The notes: generated by a model not told the origin, from the letters alone. Numbered from the stretch's first letter, positions 1-12,663 are shown. The stretch: 64,000 bases of DNA from Candidatus Eiseniibacteriota bacterium (GCA_963823555.1 CAWGMA010000002.1:160001-224000), one strand, 5' to 3'. Numbers and translations: made by a program.

Positions 1-1200
1 CTTCTTGCGCCGCTGACGCCGGCGGCCGCGGTCGACGGCTTCACGATCCGCCATGGGGATATCGGCTCGGCGGAGGGTGGCGGAGGGATGATCCTCCTCG
101 GCGCTTCGCCGACGATTTCGAACTGCGTGTTCCTCCTCAACACCGCGCTCGGCGATTTCGGCAACGGGGGTGGCGGCGGCGTCGCCTGCTATAACGCCGC
201 TCCTGCCTTCATCGGTTGCGCCTTCCGCCAGAATGCCGTGGTCGGTGTCGGTGCTCCGGGCGGTGGGCTGGCCGCGCATGAGTCTGTCGTCACGCTGACC
301 GACTGCGCCTTCGAGGACAATTCGGCGGCCGGCCACGGGGCGATCGGGGGCGCGGTGTCCATCGACTTCAATGTTGAAGATCGGGGCTCCACGCACCCCA
401 TGCTATCGATGATTCAAGATTGCCGGTTCAGAGGAAACGGCGCGTATGACGCCGGGGGTCTCTTCGCCATCGACGCGAGCATTGCCCACTGCGAATTCTC
501 GGCGAACCAGGCCGTCAACAGCGGTGGCGGAGGCTCTCTCATCCTCTCGACGGTGAACGCATGCACGTTCACGGACAATCGTGCCGGCAACGCGGGTGGC
601 GGGTTGCAGGTCTCCGGTTGTGAGGTCTCGCGTTCCACCTTCACCGGCAACCAGGCATTGCAGGGCGGAGGATTCTGGACATCGCTCGATCCGTCGCCAC
701 TGACCTATTGCGTCTTCACCGGGAATCAGGCCGAGATCGGAGGCGCCTACTTCGGCCGTTTCCCGGGTCCGATCCAGAACTGCACCTTCACCGGCGACAC
801 GGCCCCTGATGGCAGCGAGATCCACGTCCGGGCCCCGGCCGGCTACTCCTGGACCATCGACAACTCGATCGTGGCCTTCGGGAGGGGTGGCGCCGGAGTC
901 ACCTGCCTCGGCATCACGCAGCTGGTTGCGAGCTGCTGCGACATCTTCGGCAACGAAGGGGGAGACTGGGTGGGCTGTCTCGCGGGGCAGCTCGGCCAGG
1001 ACGGCAACATCGCGGAGGATCCTCTCTTCTGCGACCGTCAGGCTGCGGATTTCTCCCTCTGTGCCGATTCCCCCTGCGCTCCCGGGCAGAGCGGGGCCTG
1101 CGGCCTGGTGGGGGCGCTGCCGGAGGGGTGCGCGGCCTGTGGCGCCACGGCGGTCGAGCCCACCACCTGGGGGCGGATCAAGGCCGGCGCGGGCCGCTGA
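1..1200 (+). CDS. Right-handed parallel beta-helix repeat protein (5' truncated by window) with C-terminal TWGxIK tail
   Basis: Frame is open from base 1 (LLAPLTPAAAVDGFTIRHG...). Repeated 'CxFxxNxA..GGG' units, a Cys-rich 'DPLFC...SPC' end, and C-terminus AVEPTTWGRIKAGAGR. Confidence 0.85.
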   Translation, partial: LLAPLTPAAAVDGFTIRHGDIGSAEGGGGMILLGASPTISNCVFLLNTALGDFGNGGGGGVACYNAAPAFIGCAFRQNAVVGVGAPGGGLAAHESVVTLTDCAFEDNSAAGHGAIGGAVSIDFNVEDRGSTHPMLSMIQDCRFRGNGAYDAGGLFAIDASIAHCEFSANQAVNSGGGGSLILSTVNACTFTDNRAGNAGGGLQVSGCEVSRSTFTGNQALQGGGFWTSLDPSPLTYCVFTGNQAEIGGAYFGRFPGPIQNCTFTGDTAPDGSEIHVRAPAGYSWTIDNSIVAFGRGGAGVTCLGITQLVASCCDIFGNEGGDWVGCLAGQLGQDGNIAEDPLFCDRQAADFSLCADSPCAPGQSGACGLVGALPEGCAACGATAVEPTTWGRIKAGAGR

Positions 1201-1216
1201 CCGGCGCCGGCGCGAT

Positions 1217-3982
1217 CTAGTCCCGCAGGAAGGCCGTTCCGTCGAGGAGCGACCTGCCGGCCAGGGCGACCACGAGACCGTAGACGGCAATCCCTCCCAC
1301 CACGAGCAGTGCCGGTACGGCCGACACGGCATACCAGGCCGAGAGATCGGTCGTGATCGGCGCCGTCTCCAGAACCACCATGACGTAGAAGTTGACGGCC
1401 AGCGCCAAGAGGCCGTAGCGCATCATCATCCAGATCCACACGGCGGTCATGAGGATCATCAGCGGCCACTCGAGTTCGGGGTGCGGCTCCCGCAATGTGA
1501 ATAGAACGCTGAGCATGACGAAGAAGACGGCGATCGAGAGCCGGTAATTGCGGAAGATCACCTGCAGGAGCAACGGCATGATGAGGAAGAACAGGCCGTT
1601 GAAAAGGGCGAGGCGGGTGAGCTCGAAGAGCTGACCGATGTGCTGCAGGAGGTTGAACGACGTTCCCGGGATCGCGGCCGGAGTGTCCGGAGGGTGCCCG
1701 AACCAGACCGGAAGGACAGGGGCCAGCCGCGACAGGAGGACGATGACGACACCGGCGACGACACCGACGAGCACATTGCGACCGACCAGGGGATCCCGCA
1801 GCCGGCCGGCGCAGAGGCGGCTCCAGCCGATCAGCCGGTGGGGGAAGTGGCGTCGCATGTAGGGTTCGAGAGCGATGTACATGAGCCACAACGCGCCGGC
1901 CATGAAGATGGCCGGCCCCAACGCCTTCATGAAGAGCTCGAGCTCCTCGTCGGCCGCGGAGACATGACTGGCGCCGAAGATCCAGCTCAGGATGCTGGTG
2001 GCCATGATGACGGCGAAGATGTTGAAGGCCCCCTTGCGATCGACGCGCCCGAGACGAAGGTTGCGTACCGCGAGGACAATGGCCCCTCCCAGCATGCCCA
2101 GGATCATGGCGATCTCGACCCCGCGAATGCGGCGCAGGCGGTTGTCGATGGTCGGTGGCGGCTCGCGCCAGGAGCGGCGCCACGGCCCGGAGACGAGGAA
2201 GTGCACCGGCTTGCCGCCGAAGGAAGCGGCCTCGATGCGGAGATTCCCGCCGAAGGCGGCCGAATCATTGACGGTCCAGGCCATCAGGGTGTCGGCGTAG
2301 ACATCCGGCGTCCAGATCGGCGTGACCGGTGCGAGTCGCGTGGTGTCGATACCCGCCGCCGCGAACAGCGCGCCCAGGTCCGCGCGCAGCGCGGGGCGCG
2401 TGGAATCGGCCTCGATCAAGGTCGGCGGCACTTCGCCGAAGGTCGTGAGCCTGCCGCTTGGATCGAGAACGACGGTGGTCATCCCGGGCACGAGGTGGGG
2501 AGGATCGAGCGGCGTGACGGCCTCGGCGAGGCCGACCGTGGCCAGGCTCTGCGGGCTCGTCCGGTACCAGAAGCGGATGGGAGCCGGGCGGTGCGCTGCG
2601 AGCCGGTCCCAGCGGTCGGCGGATTCGTCGTGTTCACGGATGTATCGGAGCAGGTCGGAATCGGCCAGGAAACCCTGAGCTTGGCCCGCCGGTCGTTCGC
2701 TGTGCCCGAGCGCGCGCAGAATGTCCGTGGCGCGATCGGCAAGCACCTGAGGCGGCTTTTCCAGCGGGACCCGCTCATGGAGCCGGGTGCGGACATTGAG
2801 ATGCGCGATGGCGAGGAGCCCGGCTGCGATCACGGCGATCGAGAGCCAGGCGATGAGTGGACGTATCGCGCCCACCTCGCCGGAGGCGGCCACGAGCTCC
2901 GGCGAAGGAGTCTCCCCGGCAGCCAGCGCCGCCGCCAGCGGGTCGCCGCCAGGCAGTGCGGCGGAGACGGCGAACGCCGATCCCGGGCGGTTCTCCGGGT
3001 CCTTTTCGAGGCAACGCAGGATGATGCGCTCGGTCGCCGGATCGAGATCGGTGATGATCGTGGAGGGCGATTTCGGAGTCGAATTCCGGATGAGCTGCGT
3101 CAGCTCGGCCAGCGTTTCCGCCCGGTACGTCTGTTTTCCGGTGAACATCTCGTACAGCACGAGACCGAGCGCGTAGATGTCGGTGCGCACCGTGGCCGAT
3201 TCGCCCGCGAGCTGTTCGGGGGCCATGTAAGCCGGGGTGCCGCCACTCGAGTCGCTGGTCGCGAGGTCGGCCGCGAGCGCCGCCAGGCCGAAGTCGGTGA
3301 TACGTACCTTGCCGCGCCCATCGATCATCACGTTTGCTGGCTTCAGATCGCGATGGAGGATGCCGCGCTCGTGCGCGGCGGCGAGCCCGGCGCAGAGCTG
3401 CCGCGCGATGTCGATGGCCTTGTCATGCGGGAGGCGGCCGATACGGCGGAGCAGGGAAGCGAGATCCTCGCCGTCGATGTACTCCATCGAGAGGAAGCGG
3501 ATCCCGTCGGTGGTGCCGATGTCGTAGACCCGGCACACGTTCGGGTGCGAGACCTGCCGCGCGATGCGTACCTCCTGCACGAAGCCGGACAGACGCTGTT
3601 CGTCATCCGCGAGCCGGGCGGGCAGGAACTTGAGGGCGACCGACTGCCCGAGGACGAGATCGTCGGCGCGATACACCTCGCCCATGCCGCCCCGGCCGAG
3701 GAGGCCGACGATGCGGTAGCGCTCGGCGAGCATGGTGCCGGGAGGAAGGGATTGCGGGTCGAAGTGCTCGTCTGGCGTGTGCGGGGGGGTCGAGCGGGGG
3801 CGCGCCCCAGGCGCTGGCGGGGACGCCGGCCGGCGCGGGGGGGAGGTCTCAGGGAAGCGAGTGGGGCGCGTGGCCAGAGAATCCCCGGACGCACTCGAGT
3901 CAGCGCTAAGCGCCTGCCCGCACTCAGGGCAAAACCGGCCCTGGGCTGGAACGGCGCTCGCACAGGTTGGGCAGCGGTCCAT
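1217..3982 (-). CDS. Membrane-anchored Hanks-type Ser/Thr protein kinase with N-terminal Zn ribbon and polytopic C-terminus
   Basis: CPTC...CPEC ribbon; LGRGGMGEVY, VALK, HRDLKPAN, DFG and APE motifs; one TM, an extracytoplasmic domain, then several C-terminal TMs. Confidence 0.93.
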   Translation of the reverse strand: MDRCPTCASAVPAQGRFCPECGQALSADSSASGDSLATRPTRFPETSPPRRPASPPAPGARPRSTPPHTPDEHFDPQSLPPGTMLAERYRIVGLLGRGGMGEVYRADDLVLGQSVALKFLPARLADDEQRLSGFVQEVRIARQVSHPNVCRVYDIGTTDGIRFLSMEYIDGEDLASLLRRIGRLPHDKAIDIARQLCAGLAAAHERGILHRDLKPANVMIDGRGKVRITDFGLAALAADLATSDSSGGTPAYMAPEQLAGESATVRTDIYALGLVLYEMFTGKQTYRAETLAELTQLIRNSTPKSPSTIITDLDPATERIILRCLEKDPENRPGSAFAVSAALPGGDPLAAALAAGETPSPELVAASGEVGAIRPLIAWLSIAVIAAGLLAIAHLNVRTRLHERVPLEKPPQVLADRATDILRALGHSERPAGQAQGFLADSDLLRYIREHDESADRWDRLAAHRPAPIRFWYRTSPQSLATVGLAEAVTPLDPPHLVPGMTTVVLDPSGRLTTFGEVPPTLIEADSTRPALRADLGALFAAAGIDTTRLAPVTPIWTPDVYADTLMAWTVNDSAAFGGNLRIEAASFGGKPVHFLVSGPWRRSWREPPPTIDNRLRRIRGVEIAMILGMLGGAIVLAVRNLRLGRVDRKGAFNIFAVIMATSILSWIFGASHVSAADEELELFMKALGPAIFMAGALWLMYIALEPYMRRHFPHRLIGWSRLCAGRLRDPLVGRNVLVGVVAGVVIVLLSRLAPVLPVWFGHPPDTPAAIPGTSFNLLQHIGQLFELTRLALFNGLFFLIMPLLLQVIFRNYRLSIAVFFVMLSVLFTLREPHPELEWPLMILMTAVWIWMMMRYGLLALAVNFYVMVVLETAPITTDLSAWYAVSAVPALLVVGGIAVYGLVVALAGRSLLDGTAFLRD

Positions 3983-4177
3983 CGGGACCCCTTTCAGGCT
4001 CTGGGGTGGAGCCGATCATGGACGAGCCCTGGACCCCTGACAAGGCCGGGACCACCCTCGCCAGCCCACCCCGCCGGGGCGCCCGGGAAGCCCGCCGTCC
4101 GTTCCTCCGAAGGTCTCCCTCCGGGCCCTCTCCCGGGAGGTCGGGCGTCTGCCCTAATTCCAAGTCAAAATAGCTAC

Positions 4178-4206
4178 TTGCGGCATTTTCAAGGGTCCTC
4201 TAGAAT
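4178..4206 (+). promoter_or_regulatory. Sigma70-type promoter for gyrA
   Basis: TTGCGG-N17-TAGAAT about 165 bp upstream of the gyrA ATG. Confidence 0.6.
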
Positions 4207-4370
4207 GCCTTTCCGACCCCATTCAGCGAGGGTTCAAACCGCGGCGGTGGCGCCCACGGGAGGGTGCCATCCGGCGCGGCAGCCGGGCCTCTGGTCCGGT
4301 CGTGGGCCGCCCGGTTCTGCCCCGGACCGGAGTGCGGCAGCGAGGCCGCGACCCCAAGGAGCAAACGTTC

Positions 4371-7016
<2,646 letters not shown>

Positions 7017-7055
7017 CGATCCGGTCGGATCGCTCCGGGACGACGCCAGCGGAGC

Positions 7056-7688
7056 ATGCGCGCCGATATTCCAATCTCCACGGTTCGCCGTCTGTCGACA
7101 TACTACCGGGTCTTGCGCCAGCTCCTGAGCGAGGGCGCGGAGATCGCTTCGTCGCAGCTCCTCGCCGAGCTCTCGGGAGTGTCGGCCGCCCAGCTCCGCA
7201 AGGACCTCTCCTACTTCGGCAACTTCGGGAAGCGCGGGCTCGGCTATGATCTTCCGCTCCTGACCCGCGAGCTCCGCTCCATCCTGGGCCTCGACCGGCG
7301 CTGGCGCGTCGGGCTCGTCGGTGCCGGCAACATCGGGTCTGCGCTCTTCGCCTACGAGCCCTTCCGCGAGCAGGGGTTCGACATCGTCGCCCTCTTCGAC
7401 AGCGATCAGAGGAAGATCGGTTCCCGGTGGAACGGTGTCCGCATCACGGCGATCAAGGACTTCGCAGCCGAGGCGGCCGAGAATCCCATGGACATCGTCG
7501 TGGTCGCCGTGCCGCCGGCCGCGGCCCAGGCGGTTTGCGATCGGGTGGTGGCGGCCGGGGTCAAGGCGATCCTCAACTTCGCCGCGCGGCGGATCAGCGT
7601 GCCGCCGGGAGTCGTGCTCCGGAACGTGGACATGGCGCTCGAGCTCGAGGCGCTATCGTTCTCGCTCAATCTCCTCCGCGGCTCCTGA
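7056..7688 (+). CDS. rex: Redox-sensing transcriptional repressor Rex
   Basis: TVRRLSTYYR, QLRKDLSYFGNFGKRGLGY winged helix, Rossmann VGAGNIG, ILNFA. Confidence 0.96.
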   Translation: MRADIPISTVRRLSTYYRVLRQLLSEGAEIASSQLLAELSGVSAAQLRKDLSYFGNFGKRGLGYDLPLLTRELRSILGLDRRWRVGLVGAGNIGSALFAYEPFREQGFDIVALFDSDQRKIGSRWNGVRITAIKDFAAEAAENPMDIVVVAVPPAAAQAVCDRVVAAGVKAILNFAARRISVPPGVVLRNVDMALELEALSFSLNLLRGS

Positions 7689-7712
7689 TCGCCAGCCTCC
7701 TCACTGTACGCT

Positions 7713-7737
7713 TAATATATTGCGATTAAATAGGTTA
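7713..7737. promoter_or_regulatory. 25-bp AT-rich degenerate palindrome (double IHF-like site)
   Basis: TAA-TATA-TTG-CGATT-AAA-TAGG-TTA; same pattern at 13230, 14276, 27429, 38436 and 57611, and a 26-bp variant at 4155. Confidence 0.55.
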
Positions 7738-7901
7738 GACTGGATGTGTCGGCTCCGGGAGGCGGTGCCTCTTAACATATTTGTCACAATATTTTTCTGA
7801 ACACATTCCTCTCGGGAGCTGTCTCAAGGGTTGATAGCAAGCAACCGGCCCGGGCCGGCGATTCGCGCCCGCACCCTTGATACGCAAAGGAGATGATCAT
7901 T

Positions 7902-9842
7902 ATGCGGACCCTTCTTGCGACCTCCCTGCAGGCGGCGCTCATCCTGGCGCTCGCGACCACTGCCCAGGCCACGACGGCTCGACTCCAGGTTCTGCACAAC
8001 GCGGCCGATCCGGCCGCCGAGGTCGTCGACATCTATGTGAACGACGGTCTCTTCATCGATGACTTTGCATTCCGGGATGCCACTCCGTTCGTGGATGTGC
8101 CCGCAGGTGTCGAGCTGATGGTCGGTGTCGCGCCTGGCACCAGCACTGGCCCCGGCGACATCATCGCCAGCTTCCCGGTCACCCTGGAGGCCGGGCGCCG
8201 CTACGTCGCCGTTGCCAACGGAGTGCTCGATCCCGCCGGGTTCGCAGCCAACCCGGAGGGCGCCGCGATCGCGTTCACCCTCTTCGCCCGTGACGGTCTC
8301 CGCGAGCGGGCTCGTTTCCCCTGGTTCGTGGACCTCATGGCCTTTCATGGGGTGACGGACGCGCCGACCGTCGATGTCGTGGCCCGTCTCGATTGGAACA
8401 AGCAGGGCGGCAGCAAAGACGCCGATCTGAGCGCTTCGGAGCTCGCAGCCATCCGCTCGAAGCTCGAGTCGGCGGGCGAGATCGAGGACGAGATCGTCGG
8501 AATGCCCGGGGATCCCGGCGCGAGCTCGTTCAAGGACTCGCGTTTCACCCTCATCAACGATCTGGCCTACGGCGAGTTCTCCGGCTATCGCACGTCCCTC
8601 GCCCTGCCACTGATCCTCGATGTGACCCTGGGCAGCGATCAGAGCGTTGTCGTCGCCTCCTACGAGGTGGATCTGCGTCCGCTGCGGGGTGGGTCCGCTC
8701 TGGTCTTCGCCTCGGGCTTCCTCAACCCTGGTGCCAACCAGAACGGCCCGGCCTTCGGTCTCTTCGCCGCCCTGCCCGATGGCACAGTGCTCGCTCTCGA
8801 GCCGCTCGGCGGTGGTGATGTGGCCCGCCTCCAGGTCGTGCACAACGCCGCCGATCCAGCCGCGGAGGTGGTCGATGTCTACGTGAACGATGGTCTCTTC
8901 ATCGATGACTTCGCCTTCCGGGATGCCACTCCGTTCGTCGACGTGCCGGCAGGGGTCCAGCTCACGATCGGTGTGGCGCCCGGCAGCAGCACCGGACCGG
9001 GCGACATCATCGCCAGCTTCCCGGTCACGCTCGATGCGGGCAAGACCTACGTGGCGATGGCCAACGGCGTGCTCGCTCCCGGTTCCTTCGCCGCCAACCC
9101 GGATGGCCGTCCGATCGGATTCAGTATCTACCCGCGTGACGGTGTGCGCGAGGCCGCGAGCTGGAGCTCCGTGGTCGACCTGGTCACCTTTCACGGCGCC
9201 ACCGATGCCCCGGCGGTCGATATCTGGGCGCGGATCGGCTTCATCAAGTTGCCGCTGTTCCGCGATCTGGCCTACACCGACTTCTCCTCGTACCGGTCGG
9301 TTCTGCCGACCCGCTACCGGATCGAGGTCCGCCCAGCGGGCACGAGCACGGTGGTCGCTGCGTTCGATGCGGATCTGCGCGGGCTCGGTGGCGGAGCGGC
9401 CGTGGTCTTCGCCTCGGGTTTCCTGAACCCGGGCGCCAACCAGAACGGGCCCGCCTTCGGCCTCTTCGCTGCCCTGCCCGACGGCAATGTGGTCGAGCTG
9501 CCGGCCGCCGACGGCAGGTCGGTGCCCTCGATCGAGGATGCGAACATGCTGGCCGGAGCGGGCTTCGTCGCAGCTCCGGGCACGGTATCCCTGGCTCAGA
9601 ATTCGCCGAATCCGTTCAACCCGTCGACCGCGATCACCTTCTCGCTTCCAACCGAGATGGAGGTGCGGCTCTCGGTCTATGACGTGAGCGGACGCGAGGT
9701 CAGCCGTCTCGTTGAGGAGCGCATGGCGGCGGGCGGGCATAGCGTCGACTTCGACGGGTCGCGTCTCTCCTCGGGGACTTACTACTACAAGCTATCCGCG
9801 GGCGAGTTCACCGAGATCCGGAAGATGACCCTGATCAAGTAG
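7902..9842 (+). CDS. Secreted DUF4397-repeat protein with T9SS/FlgD-like C-terminal domain
   Basis: Signal peptide (...ATTAQA); two near-identical RLQVxHNAADPAAEVVDxYVND units; ends LAQNSPNPFNP...RKMTLIK. ATG 7902 is better spaced from AAGGAG than ATG 7893. Confidence 0.88.
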   Translation: MRTLLATSLQAALILALATTAQATTARLQVLHNAADPAAEVVDIYVNDGLFIDDFAFRDATPFVDVPAGVELMVGVAPGTSTGPGDIIASFPVTLEAGRRYVAVANGVLDPAGFAANPEGAAIAFTLFARDGLRERARFPWFVDLMAFHGVTDAPTVDVVARLDWNKQGGSKDADLSASELAAIRSKLESAGEIEDEIVGMPGDPGASSFKDSRFTLINDLAYGEFSGYRTSLALPLILDVTLGSDQSVVVASYEVDLRPLRGGSALVFASGFLNPGANQNGPAFGLFAALPDGTVLALEPLGGGDVARLQVVHNAADPAAEVVDVYVNDGLFIDDFAFRDATPFVDVPAGVQLTIGVAPGSSTGPGDIIASFPVTLDAGKTYVAMANGVLAPGSFAANPDGRPIGFSIYPRDGVREAASWSSVVDLVTFHGATDAPAVDIWARIGFIKLPLFRDLAYTDFSSYRSVLPTRYRIEVRPAGTSTVVAAFDADLRGLGGGAAVVFASGFLNPGANQNGPAFGLFAALPDGNVVELPAADGRSVPSIEDANMLAGAGFVAAPGTVSLAQNSPNPFNPSTAITFSLPTEMEVRLSVYDVSGREVSRLVEERMAAGGHSVDFDGSRLSSGTYYYKLSAGEFTEIRKMTLIK

Positions 9843-9869
9843 GTCGCGACCACGAGATCAGAGTCTGCG

Positions 9870-9905
9870 GCGAGGGCCGCTCATCATGGGCGGCCCTCGC
9901 TTTCT
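9870..9905 (+). terminator. Intrinsic terminator between convergent genes
   Basis: GCGAGGGCCGCTCA-TCA-TGGGCGGCCCTCGC followed by TTTCT. Confidence 0.7.
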
Positions 9906-9937
9906 GCCTTCGCTGCTGCGCGCGCGGCCCCTTGCTC

Positions 9938-10393
9938 CTAGAAGTACCCCACCATCAACCGTTCCACCCATTCTGGAACGAAGGCATCCGGGGCGCGGTC
10001 GAACTGCGGGAAGTAGGGTTTCACATCGAGGACGGCGGTGCCGTCGATGGCATCGAGGCCGCGCACGGTGAGGACGCCTCCGGCGACCGCCATCACCTCG
10101 ACCACCGTGATCCCGATCGGATTGGGGCGCTGCTTCCCGCGCTGAGCGAAGATGCCGATCTCGGGCATGTCGGCCCGGCCGCGCGGCCGGCGCACGAGAT
10201 CCCGCTCGCGAACGAACTCGTGCTCCATCAGGAACACGATGACGGCGTGCGAGAAGGTCTCGAGACCGCCGAGGCCGGCGGCGAACGCCGGATCCAGATG
10301 GATCGCGGACATCACCGTTCCCCAGTTCTCGTCGCTGTCGGTGCCGGTCACGGATGAGCGCACGCTGCCGATCGGTTCGAGGCCGAAGGTCAC
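9938..10393 (-). CDS. TrmO/TsaA-like SAM-binding methyltransferase domain protein
   Basis: PIGSVRS, GLETFSH, GIFAQRGKQRPNPIG, GLDAIDGTAVLDVKPY. GTG start overlaps the upstream stop (GTGA) with a GGAGAG RBS. Confidence 0.88.
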   Translation of the reverse strand: MTFGLEPIGSVRSSVTGTDSDENWGTVMSAIHLDPAFAAGLGGLETFSHAVIVFLMEHEFVRERDLVRRPRGRADMPEIGIFAQRGKQRPNPIGITVVEVMAVAGGVLTVRGLDAIDGTAVLDVKPYFPQFDRAPDAFVPEWVERLMVGYF

Positions 10394-10800
10394 GATGCCT
10401 CTCCTCCCGGCCAGCGTGGATCGATGAAGCGCTGGATCTCCACGAGATATCCGTTGGGGTCGCGAAAGAAGCAATGGTAGATGCCATAGCGCTCGTTGAG
10501 CGCCGGGGTCTTCTCGCAGGCAACGCCCGCCTGCTGGAGCCTTTCGTACCAGCCGTCCACGTCCGCGGTGACGAGGGTCAAGATGATGCCCTCGGGTCTT
10601 GCCGCCTCCTCGCGGGCGCAGAAGCCGACGTAGGCATCCCCCGCCACGGCGTAGATCCGGCAGGTACCCTGGTCGAGCGCGAGCTCGAGGCCGAGGACCT
10701 GCTCGTAGAAGCGCGCGGTCTCCTCGAGCGAGGCCGTGTAGCAGAACGTGATCTGGGCGGTGAAGGGATGCGGCGGATCGGTGCCGGTGCGCCGGCTCAT
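10390..10800 (-). CDS. VOC/glyoxalase family protein
   Basis: LEETARFYEQVLGL...DVDGWYERL...FFRDPNGYLVEIQ. ATGA overlap with the metG stop. Confidence 0.9.
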   Translation of the reverse strand: MSRRTGTDPPHPFTAQITFCYTASLEETARFYEQVLGLELALDQGTCRIYAVAGDAYVGFCAREEAARPEGIILTLVTADVDGWYERLQQAGVACEKTPALNERYGIYHCFFRDPNGYLVEIQRFIDPRWPGGEAS

Positions 10801-12482
10801 GGTGCGGCTTCGCCGAGGATCGTCTCGAGGTCGAGCTTGGAGAAGAGGATCGCGGGCTCGGGCAGCTCGCGGCCCACCGCGAGCTCGGTCGTGGCCTCGC
10901 TCCAGCGCCGGGGGCCGGCGTCGTGGCCGAGGAAGCCCATGATCCGCTCCGCCGCCCGCGGCATGAAGGGTGCCGAATAGACGGCGAGCGCCTGGATCAT
11001 GCGCAGGCAGATGTGGAGCGCCGTGCCGCAGGCCTCGGGGTCGGTCTTCTTGAGGGCCCACGGCGCCTTGGCGTCGAAGTACTGGTTGCCGGCCTGGGCG
11101 AGGCTCATGAAGCCGCGAAGCGCGCGGCGGAACTCGCAGTGCTCGAGCGCGGCTGCCACCTCCGCTCCGGCCTCGTCGATGCGGGCGAGGGCGGCGCGGT
11201 CCATGTCATCGAGCGGACCGAGCGCGGGGATCGCCCCGAAGCTCCGGCGGGTGAAGGTGAGCGTGCGGTGGCAGAAGTTGCCGAAGGCGCCCACCAGCTC
11301 GTCGTTCACCCGCTGGACGAACTCCTCCCAGCTCCAGGTCGCGTCGCGCGTCTCCGGCATGTTGACCGAGAGATAGTAGCGTAGCGCGTCCACCTCGTAG
11401 CGGCCGATGACATCGCGCACCCACACGCCGAGGCCGGCCGACTTCGAGAACTTGGCCCCCGCGATGTTCAGGAACTCGTTCGCGGGCACGTCGTAGGCCA
11501 GGTTCAGATCGCCGACGCCGAGCAACATGCTGGGCCAGATGATGGTGTGGAAGGGGATGTTGTCCTTGCCGAGGAAGTAGTAATGACGCGCCTCCGGATT
11601 CACCCACCAGTGTCGCCAGCCGCCATGGCGCTCGTGGATCTCGGACCACTCGACCGAGGCCGAGAGGTACCCGATCACCGCCTCGAACCAGACATAGATC
11701 CGCTTGTCTTCGAAGCCCGGAACCGGAACCGGGATGCCCCAGGTCAGATCGCGGGTGATGGCGCGATCCTTGAGCCCGCCCGCGATCCAGTTGCGGGTGA
11801 AGGTGATCACGTTCGGGCGCCAGTAGTTCTTGTCGGCGAGCCAGTCGTGGAGCGGCTTCTCGAATGCCGAGAGGCGAAGGAAGAGGTGCTCGCTCTGCCT
11901 GGGTTCGGGGGTGTCGCCCGAGACCCGGCAGCGCGGGTTCACGAGATCCTGCGGATCGAGCGTCTTCCCGCAGTTCTCGCACTGGTCGCCGCGGGCGCGC
12001 TCGTACGCGCAGTGCGGGCAGGTGCCCTCGACGAAGCGATCCGGGAGGAAGCGCTTGCACTGGGGGCAGAAGAGGACATCCATCGTCCGCGGCTCGATGT
12101 AGCCGCGCTCGTGGAGGCTCCGGAACATCCCCTGAGCCACGATCTTGTGGTTCTCGGTCGAGGTGCGCGTGAAGAGGTCGAACTCGATCTCGAAATCGAG
12201 GAGCGCCTTGGAGTTGATCTCGTGGTAGCGCGCGGCGACCTCGGCCGGGCTCACGCCCTCCTTCTCGGCGGTGACGGTGATCGGGGTTCCGTGCTCGTCG
12301 CTTCCGGACACCATGAGCACATCGTTGCCGCGGAGCCGGTGGAAGCGGGCGAAGATGTCGGCCGGCAGGTAGCAGCCGGCGAGGTGACCGAGGTGGAGCT
12401 CGGCATTGGCGTAGGGCCAGGCGACACAGACCAGGATGGGCCGCGGCGATGGGCTGTTCTCATGGGTCGGGGTGGGATTCAT
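10797..12482 (-). CDS. metG: Methionine--tRNA ligase (short form, no C-terminal OB-fold)
   Basis: AWPYANAELHLGH, GSDEHG, Zn knuckles, YVWFEA, GKDNIPFH, KFSKS; ends at PEPAILFSKL. Confidence 0.97.
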   Translation of the reverse strand: MNPTPTHENSPSPRPILVCVAWPYANAELHLGHLAGCYLPADIFARFHRLRGNDVLMVSGSDEHGTPITVTAEKEGVSPAEVAARYHEINSKALLDFEIEFDLFTRTSTENHKIVAQGMFRSLHERGYIEPRTMDVLFCPQCKRFLPDRFVEGTCPHCAYERARGDQCENCGKTLDPQDLVNPRCRVSGDTPEPRQSEHLFLRLSAFEKPLHDWLADKNYWRPNVITFTRNWIAGGLKDRAITRDLTWGIPVPVPGFEDKRIYVWFEAVIGYLSASVEWSEIHERHGGWRHWWVNPEARHYYFLGKDNIPFHTIIWPSMLLGVGDLNLAYDVPANEFLNIAGAKFSKSAGLGVWVRDVIGRYEVDALRYYLSVNMPETRDATWSWEEFVQRVNDELVGAFGNFCHRTLTFTRRSFGAIPALGPLDDMDRAALARIDEAGAEVAAALEHCEFRRALRGFMSLAQAGNQYFDAKAPWALKKTDPEACGTALHICLRMIQALAVYSAPFMPRAAERIMGFLGHDAGPRRWSEATTELAVGRELPEPAILFSKLDLETILGEAAP

Positions 12483-12663
12483 GGTGGACGGAGGCTAGCG
12501 AGCGGCTCCCTGGGGGTCAAGGAACGAGGAGGGCGGTGCCCGGCGAGGGCCGCACTCTTCCTCACCGGAAACGCAGGGCGGGCGAAGCCTCCTGGCTCCG
12601 CCCGCCACCGCCTCTGGCGCCGCTTGCGGCCTCGGCGCCGGTTTCGTCACGCCGGTCGGGTTC

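Noticed and set aside
7772..7789. Possible Rex operator downstream of rex
   Set aside because: Only one half-site matches (GTCACAA 6/7; other half 3/7); fits a direct repeat better.
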